The position numbers were made by a program, and so were the translations under genes. A stretch of DNA of 64,000 nucleotides, from positions 3,840,001-3,904,000 of the forward strand of contig OZ253564.1 of NCBI GenBank assembly GCA_965262915.1, read 5' to 3'. Shown here piece by piece: positions 28,269-38,863 of this stretch (position 1 is its first letter; each line of letters opens with the position of its first letter). The DNA is from Candidatus Spongiisociaceae bacterium. Lineage in GTDB: Bacteria > Actinomycetota > Acidimicrobiia > Spongiisociales > Spongiisociaceae. The notes under the pieces are model-generated. The model did not search any database. It was not told where the DNA came from and saw nothing but the letters and a program-made list of their open reading frames with translations.

Positions 28269-29498
28269 TCAGCAAACTGCGGGCGCTGGAACCAACTCAC
28301 CTCTGAGCGCATCGTCCGCCGCGGCGTGGAGGCCGCGAACTGCTCGTTCTATGGTGCCGGCGCTGCCGCCGAACGGTAGGCGCAGGTAGCCGCCCCTCTG
28401 CATTTCGCCTCCGGCGAAGGACCTACCCGGAACTGTCGGCACGCCGTATCGCGCCAGGAGATGCCCACAGAACTCATCTTCCCCTACTCCGAGTCGGCTG
28501 AAGTTCAGGTAGTAGAAGGTCGCTCCCTGAGGGACGACCGCCGATATCAGGTCCGATTCCTGCAGGCGCCGCTGGATGAGATCACGGTTGTCGAGGAGTC
28601 CCTTCATACCCTTCTCGATCCAGTCCTGGGGACCGACCAGCGCCGCCCAGGCCATGGCTTGGGAAGCGGGATTGCCCGTCAGGGTCGCCCACTCGAAGAC
28701 CTTGGCCACGGGACCGACGAGTTCCTGGCAGCCGGCCGCGTAACCGATGCGCCCGGCGCGCAGCCCGTAGCACTTGGTGAAGCTGTGAATGGTCAGGGTG
28801 CGCCGATCCATTCCGGGGAGGGATGCGATGCTGGTATGCACGTTGCCGTCGTAGACGAACCGCTCGTACGCCTCGTCGGAAATGACGAGGAGATCGTGGG
28901 ACTCGGCCAGCCTCGCAATGTCCTGTAGTTCCTCCAGGGTGAAGACGACACCGGTCGGGTTGACCGGATTGATGAACAGAAGGGCTTTGGTGCGTTCGGT
29001 GATCGCCGCTCTGAGCCGATCGATATCGAGGCGGTAGCCGTCTTGCTCCCTGCAGAGCACGACACGGGGCTCGCCTCCATAGAAACCGATGAGGTAGTGG
29101 ACGAAGAAACCCGGTCCCAGCATCAGGACCTGGTCGCCCGGCTGGAGGTAGGCCTGCAAGGTGCAGGCCACTGCCTGCATGGCCCCGTTGGTGACGACGA
29201 CACCGGATTCGGGATCGACCGAGACATCGTTGTCACGCAACAGCTTCTCCGAGATGGCCTCGCGGAGTCGAGCCTCACCTCGCGAGTGGGGCCGTCTATC
29301 GGCTGCCAGGGCGGCCTGCCCTGCCTCCACGACGTGGGGGGGCAGCGGATCGGTGATACCTCCGGCGAGGCTGATCACGTCGGCGCCCCGTCTCTTGGCG
29401 ACTGCGGCTATGTCCTGTGCCCATATCGTGCTGGGCACCCTCGGCGTCGAACTGACAGCAGTCGAAGTCCAGCCGGATTCCGGCGCTGCGCTAGGCAT
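28269..29498 (-). CDS. PLP-dependent aminotransferase, class I/II
   Basis: NPVNPTG, SDEAYE, SFTKCYGLRAGRIGY. Confidence 0.9.
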   Translation of the reverse strand: MPSAAPESGWTSTAVSSTPRVPSTIWAQDIAAVAKRRGADVISLAGGITDPLPPHVVEAGQAALAADRRPHSRGEARLREAISEKLLRDNDVSVDPESGVVVTNGAMQAVACTLQAYLQPGDQVLMLGPGFFVHYLIGFYGGEPRVVLCREQDGYRLDIDRLRAAITERTKALLFINPVNPTGVVFTLEELQDIARLAESHDLLVISDEAYERFVYDGNVHTSIASLPGMDRRTLTIHSFTKCYGLRAGRIGYAAGCQELVGPVAKVFEWATLTGNPASQAMAWAALVGPQDWIEKGMKGLLDNRDLIQRRLQESDLISAVVPQGATFYYLNFSRLGVGEDEFCGHLLARYGVPTVPGRSFAGGEMQRGGYLRLPFGGSAGTIERAVRGLHAAADDALRGELVPAPAVC

Positions 29499-31254
29499 GA
29501 ACGTGCGGTTCCACGGACGAGCGGCTGTCCGCGGTGACACCGGTGAAGCCGTAGGCGGTGCGGGCGTGCATTTGGGTGATCTTCCCTTCTTCGAGGTCGT
29601 ATGCGATCAACTCGGCGGACCGATCCTGCGGAACTCCCACCCCTCCGCCCCCGGCCGTGACGTGCCGGAGAACATCACCGTGCTTGATGTCGCGGGTGAA
29701 CTTGGTCGGGAGCAGCACCTCGTCGGGACGGCCGGGGTTGAGGACATTCCAGGACGGACTACCGGGGAGGCCACCGTCGAGGCCGTAAGGGGGATGATCC
29801 CGCCGATCCGAACGTATCGACAGGACCCCCCAGTCCCCGACGAACCGGAGCTGCCGGGCGATGGACAGGCACCCACGGTTGGCGCCCGGACCTCCGGTAT
29901 CGGGAACGAACGAGTACTCATCGACGATGATCGAGTAGTCCCTCTCGATCTGCTCTACGGGGACGTTGGCGAGGTTCGCTCCTAGCGGGCTGATGGCATC
30001 GACACCGTCCTGCGTCTGGCGCGCTCCCCAACCTCCGCAGACGAAATCGACGAACACATGGGACAGGCCGTCGGGATCGACCGTCCCGATCGAGATCATG
30101 GTCGGTCCGCCCTCGCCTGCCGCGAAGCACCGTTCGGGAACCGCCTTGTGGAACGCTCCGATCACGGCATCGATCACCCGGAAGCCGGTGAGCCCGCGCG
30201 CGGCGCGAGGGGCCGGCCGCCTCGGGTTGAGGATGCTCCCCTCCGGAACGGTCACGGTGATGGCGCGGTAGAGGCCGTCGTTGTTGAGTATCTCGGTCTT
30301 GGGCGTCACGCACAGGAAGGCTGCGTAGACCGAGGCTCTCGTGAACGAGGTGGTGGCGTTCAGCGCCGACATTACCTGCCCGGACGTTCCCTCGAAGTCG
30401 ACGTGCAGACGGTCGCCCTGGATCTCGACCCTGGCGCTGATCCGGATAGGGCCGGATCCGAAGCCGTCATCGTCTATGTAGTCGTCGAACGAGTATGTCC
30501 CGTCCGGTAAGCGGGCGATCTCTTCTCGGACGATCCCCTCCGTGTAGGCGAGGATGTCGTCGAAGGTCGCGAGGAGAACCTCGCGGCCGTGTTCCGCCAC
30601 GAGTTTCCGCAGACCTCGCTCACCGACGTTGATGGAGGACAGCTGCGCCCGTATGTCGCCCATCACCATGGCCGGCAGCCTGACGTTCCTGGCGATGATC
30701 GAGGACAGGGTTTCGTTCTCCACCCCCTCCTCGTAGAGCTTCAGGATCGGGATCTGGAGACCTTCTGCGTAGATCTCCCTCGAGTCGACGGCGTTGCTTC
30801 CTGCTACGCGCCCGCCCATGTCCGCATGGTGAGCTATGCAGCCCACCCAGCCGAGGATCTCACCGTCGACGAAGACCGCCTTGAACATGAAGATGTCGGG
30901 TAGGTGCATGCCGCCTTCGTCGGGATCGTTCAGGACGAACACGTCGCCGTCCGAGACGGCGCCCGCATAACGGTGCATGATCCGGCTCAACGCATCCGGC
31001 ATCGCTCCGAGGTGCAACGGAATCGCCAGACCCTGCGCGACGACACGACCGTCCGGGTCAAACACGGCCGTGGAGAAGTCCAGGCTGTCACGCACGACCT
31101 GCGAGTGAGCCGTCCGCACGACCACTACCGCCATCTCGTTGGCCAGCGAGGTGAGGCCGTTGCTGATGACCTCCCGGGTGATGGGATCAACCTCGATGGT
31201 CTGGGGCGTATCTCTCGCCTCTGTCAATTCGCTTACGATGACCATCCGCCTCAC
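29491..31254 (-). CDS. Hydantoinase B / 5-oxoprolinase subunit
   Basis: DFSTA, HLGAM, NDPDEGGMHLPD, HHADMGG..GS, GGGG.G. Confidence 0.92.
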   Translation of the reverse strand: MRRMVIVSELTEARDTPQTIEVDPITREVISNGLTSLANEMAVVVVRTAHSQVVRDSLDFSTAVFDPDGRVVAQGLAIPLHLGAMPDALSRIMHRYAGAVSDGDVFVLNDPDEGGMHLPDIFMFKAVFVDGEILGWVGCIAHHADMGGRVAGSNAVDSREIYAEGLQIPILKLYEEGVENETLSSIIARNVRLPAMVMGDIRAQLSSINVGERGLRKLVAEHGREVLLATFDDILAYTEGIVREEIARLPDGTYSFDDYIDDDGFGSGPIRISARVEIQGDRLHVDFEGTSGQVMSALNATTSFTRASVYAAFLCVTPKTEILNNDGLYRAITVTVPEGSILNPRRPAPRAARGLTGFRVIDAVIGAFHKAVPERCFAAGEGGPTMISIGTVDPDGLSHVFVDFVCGGWGARQTQDGVDAISPLGANLANVPVEQIERDYSIIVDEYSFVPDTGGPGANRGCLSIARQLRFVGDWGVLSIRSDRRDHPPYGLDGGLPGSPSWNVLNPGRPDEVLLPTKFTRDIKHGDVLRHVTAGGGGVGVPQDRSAELIAYDLEEGKITQMHARTAYGFTGVTADSRSSVEPHVHA

Positions 31255-33341
31255 CTCTTCGATCTGACTACGAGGTTTCCCATATCATCGCGCCTGACGA
31301 TGAACCTCGGCGGGACCACCGTCGTCGCGTCCATATCTTCCACGATCATCGGCCCGTCAACTTCGTCTGCGGGAACTGAAGAGCGCGCCACGACGGGGGT
31401 GGACAGGACACCGTCTTCGTTTCCGAAATAGGCTAGGCGGCTTCCCTCCACGTTGTTGTCGCCGTTGGGCTCCATTGCGAAGATGTGCTCGGCCTTGGGT
31501 GTCCGCACCGTTGCCCGCAGCCGCAAGCTGATCAGCTGGACAGCCTCGGCCGGCGTCGAATGCCCGTAGGTGAGTTCGTGGGCCAGGTGGAAGTCTTGAC
31601 CGGCGTTCCGCAAGTCGCCCTGATCGAGGGCCCGACCTCCCGGTACGGGCACCGACAATTCATGGGCCTGGCCTCGGTAGCGTTGGTCCACGAACCGCTC
31701 GAGGGTGAGATCGCCGACTGACAAACCGGAGGCGATGACGAATCGCTCCGCTCGATCCTCGAGCTGCTCGAAGAGGTTCGAGACTATGTCACCCTTCGGA
31801 TCGTTGGGAAGCTCGTAGGCGACCACGTAATCGTGCCTGAGGTCGGCGACCTGCAGGCCGATAGCGCAGAACAAACCGGGGCTGGCCGGAACGACGACGC
31901 GTTCAACCTCGAAGTGCCGAGCGATCAAGGCCGCATGCATGGGGCCCGCACCGCCGAAGGCAACCAGCATGAAGTTGCGAGGATCGCGCCCCCGCTCGAT
32001 CGATACGCCTCGTATCGCCTGGCTCATGTTGGTGTTGGCCAGTCGGTGGATCCCGTAGGCCGCCTCCAGCCGGGACATTCCCAGAGGTCCCGCTACTTGG
32101 ATATCCACCGCTTTCTCCGCCGCGGTCCGGTCGAGCTTCTGGCTGCCCCCGGCTATGGCATGGGGGTTCAGGTAGCCGAGCACGAGGTTAACATCGGTGA
32201 CGGTCACCTTCGTCCCGCCGGCGCCGTAGCAGACGGGACCCGGTATGGCGCCCGCGCTCTGCGGCCCCACGTGCGGCGCCCCGCCCTGGTCGAGCCAGAA
32301 GATGCTCCCACCGCCCGCGCCGACCTCGGCGATGTCCAGTGACGGGATCCGGACCGTGAACCCGCCGCCCTGTATGAACAGGCGGCTCTGATTCATGCCG
32401 CCGCCGACCTCGTGCTCGGCGGCTTCGAACGCCTGCCCGTTCTCGATCAGGGAAGCCTTGGCGGTGGTGCCTCCCATATCGAACGCGATCACATTCGGTT
32501 CGCCCAGCTCGGCCGCCAGGGACCGGGCGGCTATCACCCCGGCGGCCGGGCCTGACTCGATCAGCCGTACCGGCTGGGCCCGCGCGGTACGCGAACCGAA
32601 CAATGACCCGTTCGACTGCATGACCTGGACTTCGCAGTCGAACCCGATCTCGGACAGGCCCTTCTCGAGACTCTCGAGATACTGCCCGACCGTCGGCTGT
32701 ATGTAGGAGTTCACCACCGTCGTACTCGTCCGCTCGTACTCCTTGAGTTCGGGAAGCAGTTCGTGTGAAGCCGTTATATGGACATGGGGGAGGAGATCCC
32801 GCAGGCGTCCGGCCACCGTGATCTCGTTGATCGAGTTTCTATACGAGTGCAGGAAGCAGATGGCAACCGATTCCACATCGCCGGCAGCCAGCGTATGGGC
32901 AAGCGCATCGATGTCGCGATCAGGGGGTCGTCGCACCACCTCGCCTTGTGCGTTCATCCGCTCATCAAGCTCGAACCGAAGATTCCTGGGCGCCAGAGGA
33001 ACCGGTTTCTCGAAACCGGTGTCGAAGAGCGCCGGACGACGCATGCGGGCTATTTCGAGTACGTCCCTGAAGCCTTTCGTGGTGACGAGAGCTGTCCGGG
33101 CGCCTCGTCGCTCCAGGAGAGAGTTCGTCGCCACGGTGGTGCCATGGGCCAGGCGTGTGACACCCCGGCGATCCAGGTCGGCTGGGAACAGTTCGTCCAA
33201 GCCTTGGAGGATGGCTTGCTCGAAGTCGGGCGGCGTCGACGATATCTTGAGGCGACCTCCGACTCCGTCGTCTCCCAGAAGGACGATGTCGGTGAACGTC
33301 CCGCCGATATCAACCGCCAGCACATACCGACTCTGCGACAT
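31251..33341 (-). CDS. Hydantoinase A / 5-oxoprolinase ATP-binding subunit
   Basis: DIGGTFTD, HGTTVATN, EYERTST, SGPAAG, DMGGTT, GAGGGS, FGGAGP. Confidence 0.92.
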   Translation of the reverse strand: MSQSRYVLAVDIGGTFTDIVLLGDDGVGGRLKISSTPPDFEQAILQGLDELFPADLDRRGVTRLAHGTTVATNSLLERRGARTALVTTKGFRDVLEIARMRRPALFDTGFEKPVPLAPRNLRFELDERMNAQGEVVRRPPDRDIDALAHTLAAGDVESVAICFLHSYRNSINEITVAGRLRDLLPHVHITASHELLPELKEYERTSTTVVNSYIQPTVGQYLESLEKGLSEIGFDCEVQVMQSNGSLFGSRTARAQPVRLIESGPAAGVIAARSLAAELGEPNVIAFDMGGTTAKASLIENGQAFEAAEHEVGGGMNQSRLFIQGGGFTVRIPSLDIAEVGAGGGSIFWLDQGGAPHVGPQSAGAIPGPVCYGAGGTKVTVTDVNLVLGYLNPHAIAGGSQKLDRTAAEKAVDIQVAGPLGMSRLEAAYGIHRLANTNMSQAIRGVSIERGRDPRNFMLVAFGGAGPMHAALIARHFEVERVVVPASPGLFCAIGLQVADLRHDYVVAYELPNDPKGDIVSNLFEQLEDRAERFVIASGLSVGDLTLERFVDQRYRGQAHELSVPVPGGRALDQGDLRNAGQDFHLAHELTYGHSTPAEAVQLISLRLRATVRTPKAEHIFAMEPNGDNNVEGSRLAYFGNEDGVLSTPVVARSSVPADEVDGPMIVEDMDATTVVPPRFIVRRDDMGNLVVRSKR

Positions 33342-33506
33342 ACCACTCCGTTCGGGACCATCCTCTTGCGTCGGCCATGCTACCAATCAACGCCGGAACA
33401 TAGTCATGCATGCGCCCTCGGCGCTTGTGCCCTTGTGCCCTTGTGCGCTCCACCGAACTGCTAGCCTCTATCCGGGCTCAGCGACTGGGGAAAAGCCGTC
33501 GAACAC

Positions 33507-34343
33507 CTCCGGATATCGGTCTGCCAAGCAGATAGCGACATCGATGAACGAGACCCGACCGGGTCCGTTCGTCGGAACTTCGACCGGATGCGCGACGCCC
33601 TGGGGAAAGCTTCTGCGGACGGCACAAGGCTCGTCATCTTCGGCGAGGGGTTCCTCAACGGTTACCAGTCCGGCGCGCTGCTACCTGAGATAGCTCTGGA
33701 GGTCGGCGGGGAACCGGGCCAACTCGGAGACCTGATGGCCGCCGTCGACGAAACCGGCGTATCGCTCGTTTTCGGGGCTACGACTTCGAGAGGTTCCTAC
33801 CCGGGATCCCTGTTCAACTCTGCTGTGGTGCTCCGCCCCGGCCACCAGCCCCTAGTCGTCGACAAGACCCACCTCTCCGAGTTCAGGTACGAGGGAGAAC
33901 CGGTCGTCGCCGAACGGATGGACTGGGCTGTCGGCAGCCAACTCGGTCCGGTGTTCGACGTGGACGGATTCAACATCGGAGTCGAGATCTGCCACGACAT
34001 CGTCTTTCCGGAGGTGGCCAGGTCCCACAGCATGAGGGGCGCCGAAGTGGTGATCAACGTCTCCGCCGCGGTCGGGGGCTTCGACTGGTTCTGGAATGCG
34101 ATTCCGGCTACGAGGGCCTTCGAGAACTGCGTCTGGTACGTGCATGCCACGGTGGTGTCGGCGAAAGGCCAACCTCCGTTGCTCGGGCACAGCCGAGTGA
34201 TAAGCCCCGTCGGCGCGGTGGTGTGTGAGGTACCGGACGGCGCCGAATGCACCATGGCCTACACGCTCGACCGCACGTCGGTGTTGCGAGCCCGCGCTTC
34301 GCTCAAACCATTCACGGAGCGCCGCCCCGACATCTACGAGTGA
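33507..34343 (+). CDS. Carbon-nitrogen hydrolase (amidase/nitrilase family); start uncertain
   Basis: FGEGF, DKTHL, EICHD..FPE triad; the family N-terminal strand LRISVCQ lies upstream of the first ATG (33588). Confidence 0.8.
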   Translation, partial: LRISVCQADSDIDERDPTGSVRRNFDRMRDALGKASADGTRLVIFGEGFLNGYQSGALLPEIALEVGGEPGQLGDLMAAVDETGVSLVFGATTSRGSYPGSLFNSAVVLRPGHQPLVVDKTHLSEFRYEGEPVVAERMDWAVGSQLGPVFDVDGFNIGVEICHDIVFPEVARSHSMRGAEVVINVSAAVGGFDWFWNAIPATRAFENCVWYVHATVVSAKGQPPLLGHSRVISPVGAVVCEVPDGAECTMAYTLDRTSVLRARASLKPFTERRPDIYE

Positions 34344-34387
34344 TGTCTCCCCTGCCGGCCCCTAGCCCTGATTCTTCAATGGTTGGT

Positions 34388-34435
34388 CAGGTGCCAGGTG
34401 CCAGGTGCCAGGTGCCAGGTGCCAGGTGCCAGGTG
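34388..34435. repeat. Heptamer tandem repeat (CAGGTGC) x ~7
   Basis: Six perfect units plus CAGGTG. Confidence 0.95.
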
Positions 34436-34589
34436 AATCGACAAGTGCGTTCTGTCGGCGCTCACCCTGTGGGTGAGACTCCTGTGCGGGGCACCCGGGT
34501 TCGTCAACACTCACAAATCCCAGGTCAGAGGTTCCTGCCCCACCAGCTTCAAGGGAGCTGGCCCTCCAAATCCTGAAGAATTGGAGCTA

Positions 34590-34734
34590 GAGGGTGCGCG
34601 GATAGGTGCTCACCCGGGGGAAACACGGAGTACGACCGTTGACGGGTACACAGCGATGACCAGGAGTTCTTCGATCTGGAGCCGGGTAGGTCCATTGACA
34701 GGGGCGGTTACGGTCCGCCTCTCCGCGCACCCTC
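34590..34734. repeat. MITE-like element, family A, copy 1
   Basis: GAGGGTGCGCGGATAGG ... CCTCTCCGCGCACCCTC, 145 bp. Confidence 0.7.
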
Positions 34735-34767
34735 TTGCTCTCCAGCGGCGACGGCTGCAGGCGCTGA

Positions 34768-35601
34768 TCAATCGTTAGGCGATGCCGGTTCAGCCGTTCG
34801 GAGGTGGCGACGTCTCGGCACGCTGGACAGGAGAGTCCGGGTGTAGTGGTGCACCGGTTCGCGGAACACCTGCTCGGCCTGCCCTATCTCGACGATCTCT
34901 CCTCTTTGCATCACCGCAATCCGGTCGCTCATCGTGTACACGATCGACAGATCGTGGGAAATGAACAGGTAGGAAAGGCCCAGTTCGTCCTGCAGATCCT
35001 TGAGTAGGTTGATGATCTGTGCCTGTACCGACACGTCCACCGAGGAGGTCGGTTCGTCGCAGATGACCAGTTTCGGGTTCAGGGCGAGGGCGCGGGCGAT
35101 CGCCATCCTCTGGCGTTGTCCTCCCGAGAATTCGCCCGGAGATCTGTGCCCGATGTCGGAGGGCATGCCGACCAGATCGAGCAGTTCGAGAACGCGTTGG
35201 CGTCTGGAGTGCCGGTCACCCACCCGGTGCACGACCAGCGGCTCGGCAATGATCGAGGCGATGCTCATCCGCGGATCGAGCGACGAGTAGGGATCCTGGA
35301 ACACGATCTGCATTTCCCGTCGGACGTCCTTCAACTCGGATCGCTCGCAGTTCACCAGGTCGACCCCCATGAACGTGATCGAGCCTTCGGTCGGAGGGAC
35401 CAGCTGCAGGACACAGTAGGCCGTGGTGGACTTTCCGGATCCCGACTCTCCTACCAGCCCCAAGGTCTCCCCGCCGGCGAGCGAGAAACTCACGTTGTCC
35501 ACGGCCCTGATGAAACCTGGTTCGGCGTTGGTTCCCCTACGCATGCTGCGCGGCGCCGAGAAGACCTTCGAAAGACCCTCGACGACCAGGATGTCGGTCA
35601 T
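34768..35601 (-). CDS. Oligopeptide/dipeptide ABC transporter ATP-binding subunit (OppF-like)
   Basis: GESGSGKST, FSGGQRQR, ICDEP, SHDL. Confidence 0.9.
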   Translation of the reverse strand: MTDILVVEGLSKVFSAPRSMRRGTNAEPGFIRAVDNVSFSLAGGETLGLVGESGSGKSTTAYCVLQLVPPTEGSITFMGVDLVNCERSELKDVRREMQIVFQDPYSSLDPRMSIASIIAEPLVVHRVGDRHSRRQRVLELLDLVGMPSDIGHRSPGEFSGGQRQRMAIARALALNPKLVICDEPTSSVDVSVQAQIINLLKDLQDELGLSYLFISHDLSIVYTMSDRIAVMQRGEIVEIGQAEQVFREPVHHYTRTLLSSVPRRRHLRTAEPASPND

Positions 35602-35656
35602 GCCAACCCCCTGCCCCGGCCCAGGACCGCGGTAGTGGCGACCGAGGGTCTCCGGT

Positions 35657-36691
35657 TCATAGGTCCGGCCCTCCTGCAGGTTCGCAAGCTGCTGATGAGC
35701 GTTCGCTGGCCGGGTGGGTGGTCCGTACCCAGTGGTCAGGCCTGATCTCCCGCAGATCCGGCATGGTCGACAGGCAGCCGCTCTCGGGGGTCGCATACCT
35801 GCATCGTTCGGCGAACCGGCATGTAGCAGGCAGGGACGCGGCATTCGGAGGAGATCCGGGAATGGTGGTGAGTCGCTCGTTGCGGACGACGGTGTGGCTT
35901 CTGTCGATCGACGGTATCGATCCGAGCAGTCCCTCGGTGTACGGATGCTCCGGCCTTTTGAAGAGTTCCTCGGCAGACGCGTATTCGACAATCTGTCCTG
36001 CATACATGACGGCAACGGTGTCCGCGACGTTCGAGACCACGTTGAGATCATGGCTGACCAGTATCAGTGCCATACCGTGGTTGGATTGAAGGTTCTTCAG
36101 CAACGCGAGGATCTCTGCTTCGACGGTGACGTCCAGAGCTGTGGTGGGCTCGTCGGCGATGAGCAGTCTCGGGCGGCACGCGGTTGCCGCGGCGATCAGC
36201 GCCCGCTGCCGCATGCCGCCGGAGAACTCGTGCGGGTAGGAGTTCACCCGTTGGGAGGCGTCGGGAATGCGCACTTCTTCCAGCAGTTCCACGGCTCTGG
36301 CACGAGCGTCCGACCTGGACATCCCGAGATGCCGGCGAAGAGGCTCGGCTACCTGGTTTCCCACCCTCAGTACCGGATTCAGCGAACTCATCGGGTCCTG
36401 GAAGACCATCCCGATGTGGCGACCTCTTATCGCGGTGAGACGTTTCTCCGAGGCCGTCAACATGTCCTCACCCAGGAAGTGGACCTCTCCGGACCGGCGG
36501 TGGACCATCCGTTGCGGAAACAGACCGACTATGGACCGAGCAGTCACCGACTTTCCACTTCCGGATTCTCCGACGATGGCCAGAGTTTCGCGCTCTCCCA
36601 CACTGAAGCTGACATTGTCGACCGCGTGTACCAGCCCGCGTCTGGTCCTCAGGTGAACACTGAGGCCGGCAACCTCGAGGACGGGCGCCAT
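35657..36691 (-). CDS. Oligopeptide/dipeptide ABC transporter ATP-binding subunit (OppD-like)
   Basis: GESGSGKS, YPHEFSGGMRQR, ADEPTTALD, HPYT, C.F..RC. Confidence 0.92.
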   Translation of the reverse strand: MAPVLEVAGLSVHLRTRRGLVHAVDNVSFSVGERETLAIVGESGSGKSVTARSIVGLFPQRMVHRRSGEVHFLGEDMLTASEKRLTAIRGRHIGMVFQDPMSSLNPVLRVGNQVAEPLRRHLGMSRSDARARAVELLEEVRIPDASQRVNSYPHEFSGGMRQRALIAAATACRPRLLIADEPTTALDVTVEAEILALLKNLQSNHGMALILVSHDLNVVSNVADTVAVMYAGQIVEYASAEELFKRPEHPYTEGLLGSIPSIDRSHTVVRNERLTTIPGSPPNAASLPATCRFAERCRYATPESGCLSTMPDLREIRPDHWVRTTHPASERSSAACEPAGGPDL

Positions 36692-37522
36692 CTATCCCCG
36701 CCTCGCCAGCAGTCGTTGTATCCAATCGCCGACCAGGATGAAGCCCATACCAACTACGAAGATGGCCAGACCGGGCAGGGTAGAGACGTGGGGTGCCGTG
36801 GCGAGGATCACTCGACCCTCGTTCACCATTCGACCCCAGTCGGCCGTAGGCGGTTGGACACCCAGGCCTACGAAGCTCAGACCGGCGCCGAACACGACCA
36901 TGATCCCGACCAGCGGGAAGGCATATGCCAAGGTAGGGCCGAGGGCATTCGGCACGATGTGGCGCATCAGGATGAACCAGCGCGGTGCTCCGAGCGATCG
37001 AGCCGCCCTAACGTAGTCGCGCTCCTTGAGCGACTGCACGGTGCCGCGGGAGACGCGTGCTATGGGTGCTATGAGAACGGCTGTCATGGCGATGACCAGG
37101 TTGCGAAGGCCGGGCCCCAGAGCTGCCGCCACTGCGATGCCCATCAGGACGGGTGGTATGGCCAGGAAGATGTCGACCACCCGCATCGTGATCGTGTCCC
37201 CGACCGTCCCGCCGAACCCACTGACGATCCCTAGGACGTAACCGACCAGCGTCGCGACCAGAACGGGTAGGACGCCCTGGAGCAACCCGGGGCGTGCTCC
37301 CCATATCAGCCGGCTCCATAGGTCCCTGCCCAGCTCGTCGGTCCCCAGGAAGTGACCCGTCGTTCCCGGCGGTTGGAATGCGTTTCCGAGGTTCCCTTGG
37401 TTCGGGTCGTAGGGCGCCAGCAGGGGCGCGGCTACCGCGAACACCAGGGCGACCAGGACGAGGACGACGCCGACAATGTCTGCGGGGCGCAGGCCGGCGC
37501 GAACTCGTGTGGCTATCGCCAT
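36692..37522 (-). CDS. ABC transporter permease (OppC-like)
   Basis: HFLGTDELGRDLWSRL, YVRAARSLGA, LSFVGLG.QPP..DWG. Confidence 0.9.
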   Translation of the reverse strand: MAIATRVRAGLRPADIVGVVLVLVALVFAVAAPLLAPYDPNQGNLGNAFQPPGTTGHFLGTDELGRDLWSRLIWGARPGLLQGVLPVLVATLVGYVLGIVSGFGGTVGDTITMRVVDIFLAIPPVLMGIAVAAALGPGLRNLVIAMTAVLIAPIARVSRGTVQSLKERDYVRAARSLGAPRWFILMRHIVPNALGPTLAYAFPLVGIMVVFGAGLSFVGLGVQPPTADWGRMVNEGRVILATAPHVSTLPGLAIFVVGMGFILVGDWIQRLLARRG

Positions 37523-38490
37523 GCCGCAACCGAGGACTCTCGTCCGAGACTCGTGCGTGGGTCGACGTAGCGATGGATCACATCTACGACCAGGTTGATG
37601 ATGACGGTCGCGACCGCAGCCAGCAGGACAACGCCCTGGATCATCGGGAAGTCCCGGGATGAGACCGCGTGGATCGTTTGTAGTCCGATCCCCGGCCAGT
37701 TGAACACGACCTCGGCAAACACGATGGTGCCGCCGATCAGGTAGGCGAACTGCAGGCCTACGAGGTGCAGGACCATTGGCAGCACCGGTTTGATGATGTG
37801 TCGCGAGAGGAGGGCCGGGGATCGAACCCCTCGCCCTTTGGCAGCCCATACGAAGTCCTCGTCGAGGATCTCACGGACCGCGCTCCTCGAGCTGCGAGCG
37901 ATGATCGCAGCCGGAATCGCGGCGGTTGTCACCACCGGGAGGACCAGATAGCGGACCGTTTCCAAGAGGGTCGCGTCCCGTCCGATCGGGCCCATACCCC
38001 CGCCCGGAAACCAGCCAAGCTCCAGTGCGAACACCCAGACCAGGATCAGTCCGAGCCAGAAGATCGGCATCGTGCCCAGGAACACCACCAGAACCTGGAG
38101 AGTCCGGTCCAGGAACCCGTCCGTCCGGAGGGCTGCCAAGGCTCCTGATACCAACCCCACGATCAGAGCCAGGACAAAGCTCGGAACACCCAGACGAAGG
38201 GTGTTGTTGAAGCGCTCGAAGAGCACGTCGGTTACCGGAGACCGCAGCTGTATCGACCTGCCGAGGTCCCCGGTCACCGTTCGTCCTAGCCATCGGCCGT
38301 ACTGAACCGGCAGCGGCTGATCCAGTGCCAGGGCAGATCGCATCGCGTCCCGGTCCTCCTCGGCGGCATACGGACCCAGCAAGACGTTGACCGGGTCTCC
38401 AGGGGCCAGGTGGACAAGCCCGAACGAGAACATCGAAGCTCCGACGAGGACAGGAACGATCACCGCGATGCGAAGGGCTAGGAACCGCAT
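37513..38490 (-). CDS. ABC transporter permease (OppB-like)
   Basis: LAPGDP, LDQPLPVQY, GDLGRS, EVVFNWPGIG, RDFPMIQG. Confidence 0.9.
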   Translation of the reverse strand: MRFLALRIAVIVPVLVGASMFSFGLVHLAPGDPVNVLLGPYAAEEDRDAMRSALALDQPLPVQYGRWLGRTVTGDLGRSIQLRSPVTDVLFERFNNTLRLGVPSFVLALIVGLVSGALAALRTDGFLDRTLQVLVVFLGTMPIFWLGLILVWVFALELGWFPGGGMGPIGRDATLLETVRYLVLPVVTTAAIPAAIIARSSRSAVREILDEDFVWAAKGRGVRSPALLSRHIIKPVLPMVLHLVGLQFAYLIGGTIVFAEVVFNWPGIGLQTIHAVSSRDFPMIQGVVLLAAVATVIINLVVDVIHRYVDPRTSLGRESSVAAWR

Positions 38491-38594
38491 CCGAACCTAC
38501 GCTCCCCGACTGGTGGCCACTTCACACACAGACCACTTGATCCTTCCGGCTGCCGAACCCCCGATCCGGCAACCTCATCGGTCCAGGCAACTAA

Positions 38595-38738
38595 GAGGGT
38601 GCGCGGATAGGCGGACGCGACCGCCCCTACCTGTAAACTCTACGCGGTTCCACGCGGAGGAACCGCCGCTCATAGCCACAGGGTCGTCAAACGTCGCAGT
38701 CACTGTTTCCCCAGGTGAGCACCTATCCGCGCACCCTC
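38595..38738. repeat. MITE-like element, family A, copy 2
   Basis: Perfect 17-bp TIR GAGGGTGCGCGGATAGG/CCTATCCGCGCACCCTC flanked by TAA on both sides; 144 bp; opposite orientation to copy 1. Confidence 0.8.
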
Positions 38739-38792
38739 TAAGACCAACGGCTCGCCCTGGTTGCAGCTGGTACGGCAGCAGGTTACGGGGCC

Positions 38793-38849
38793 CCGGTCCG
38801 GTCGTCAGGCGCTCGGCTATCCGCCGAAAACCGACGACGACCGGACCGG
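38793..38849. terminator. Stem-loop downstream of the substrate-binding protein gene
   Basis: 14-bp perfect inverted repeat CCGGTCCGGTCGTC/GACGACCGGACCGG; no U-tract, so it may be a stabilising hairpin. Confidence 0.5.
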
Positions 38850-38863
38850 ATAAGGCCCTCGAA

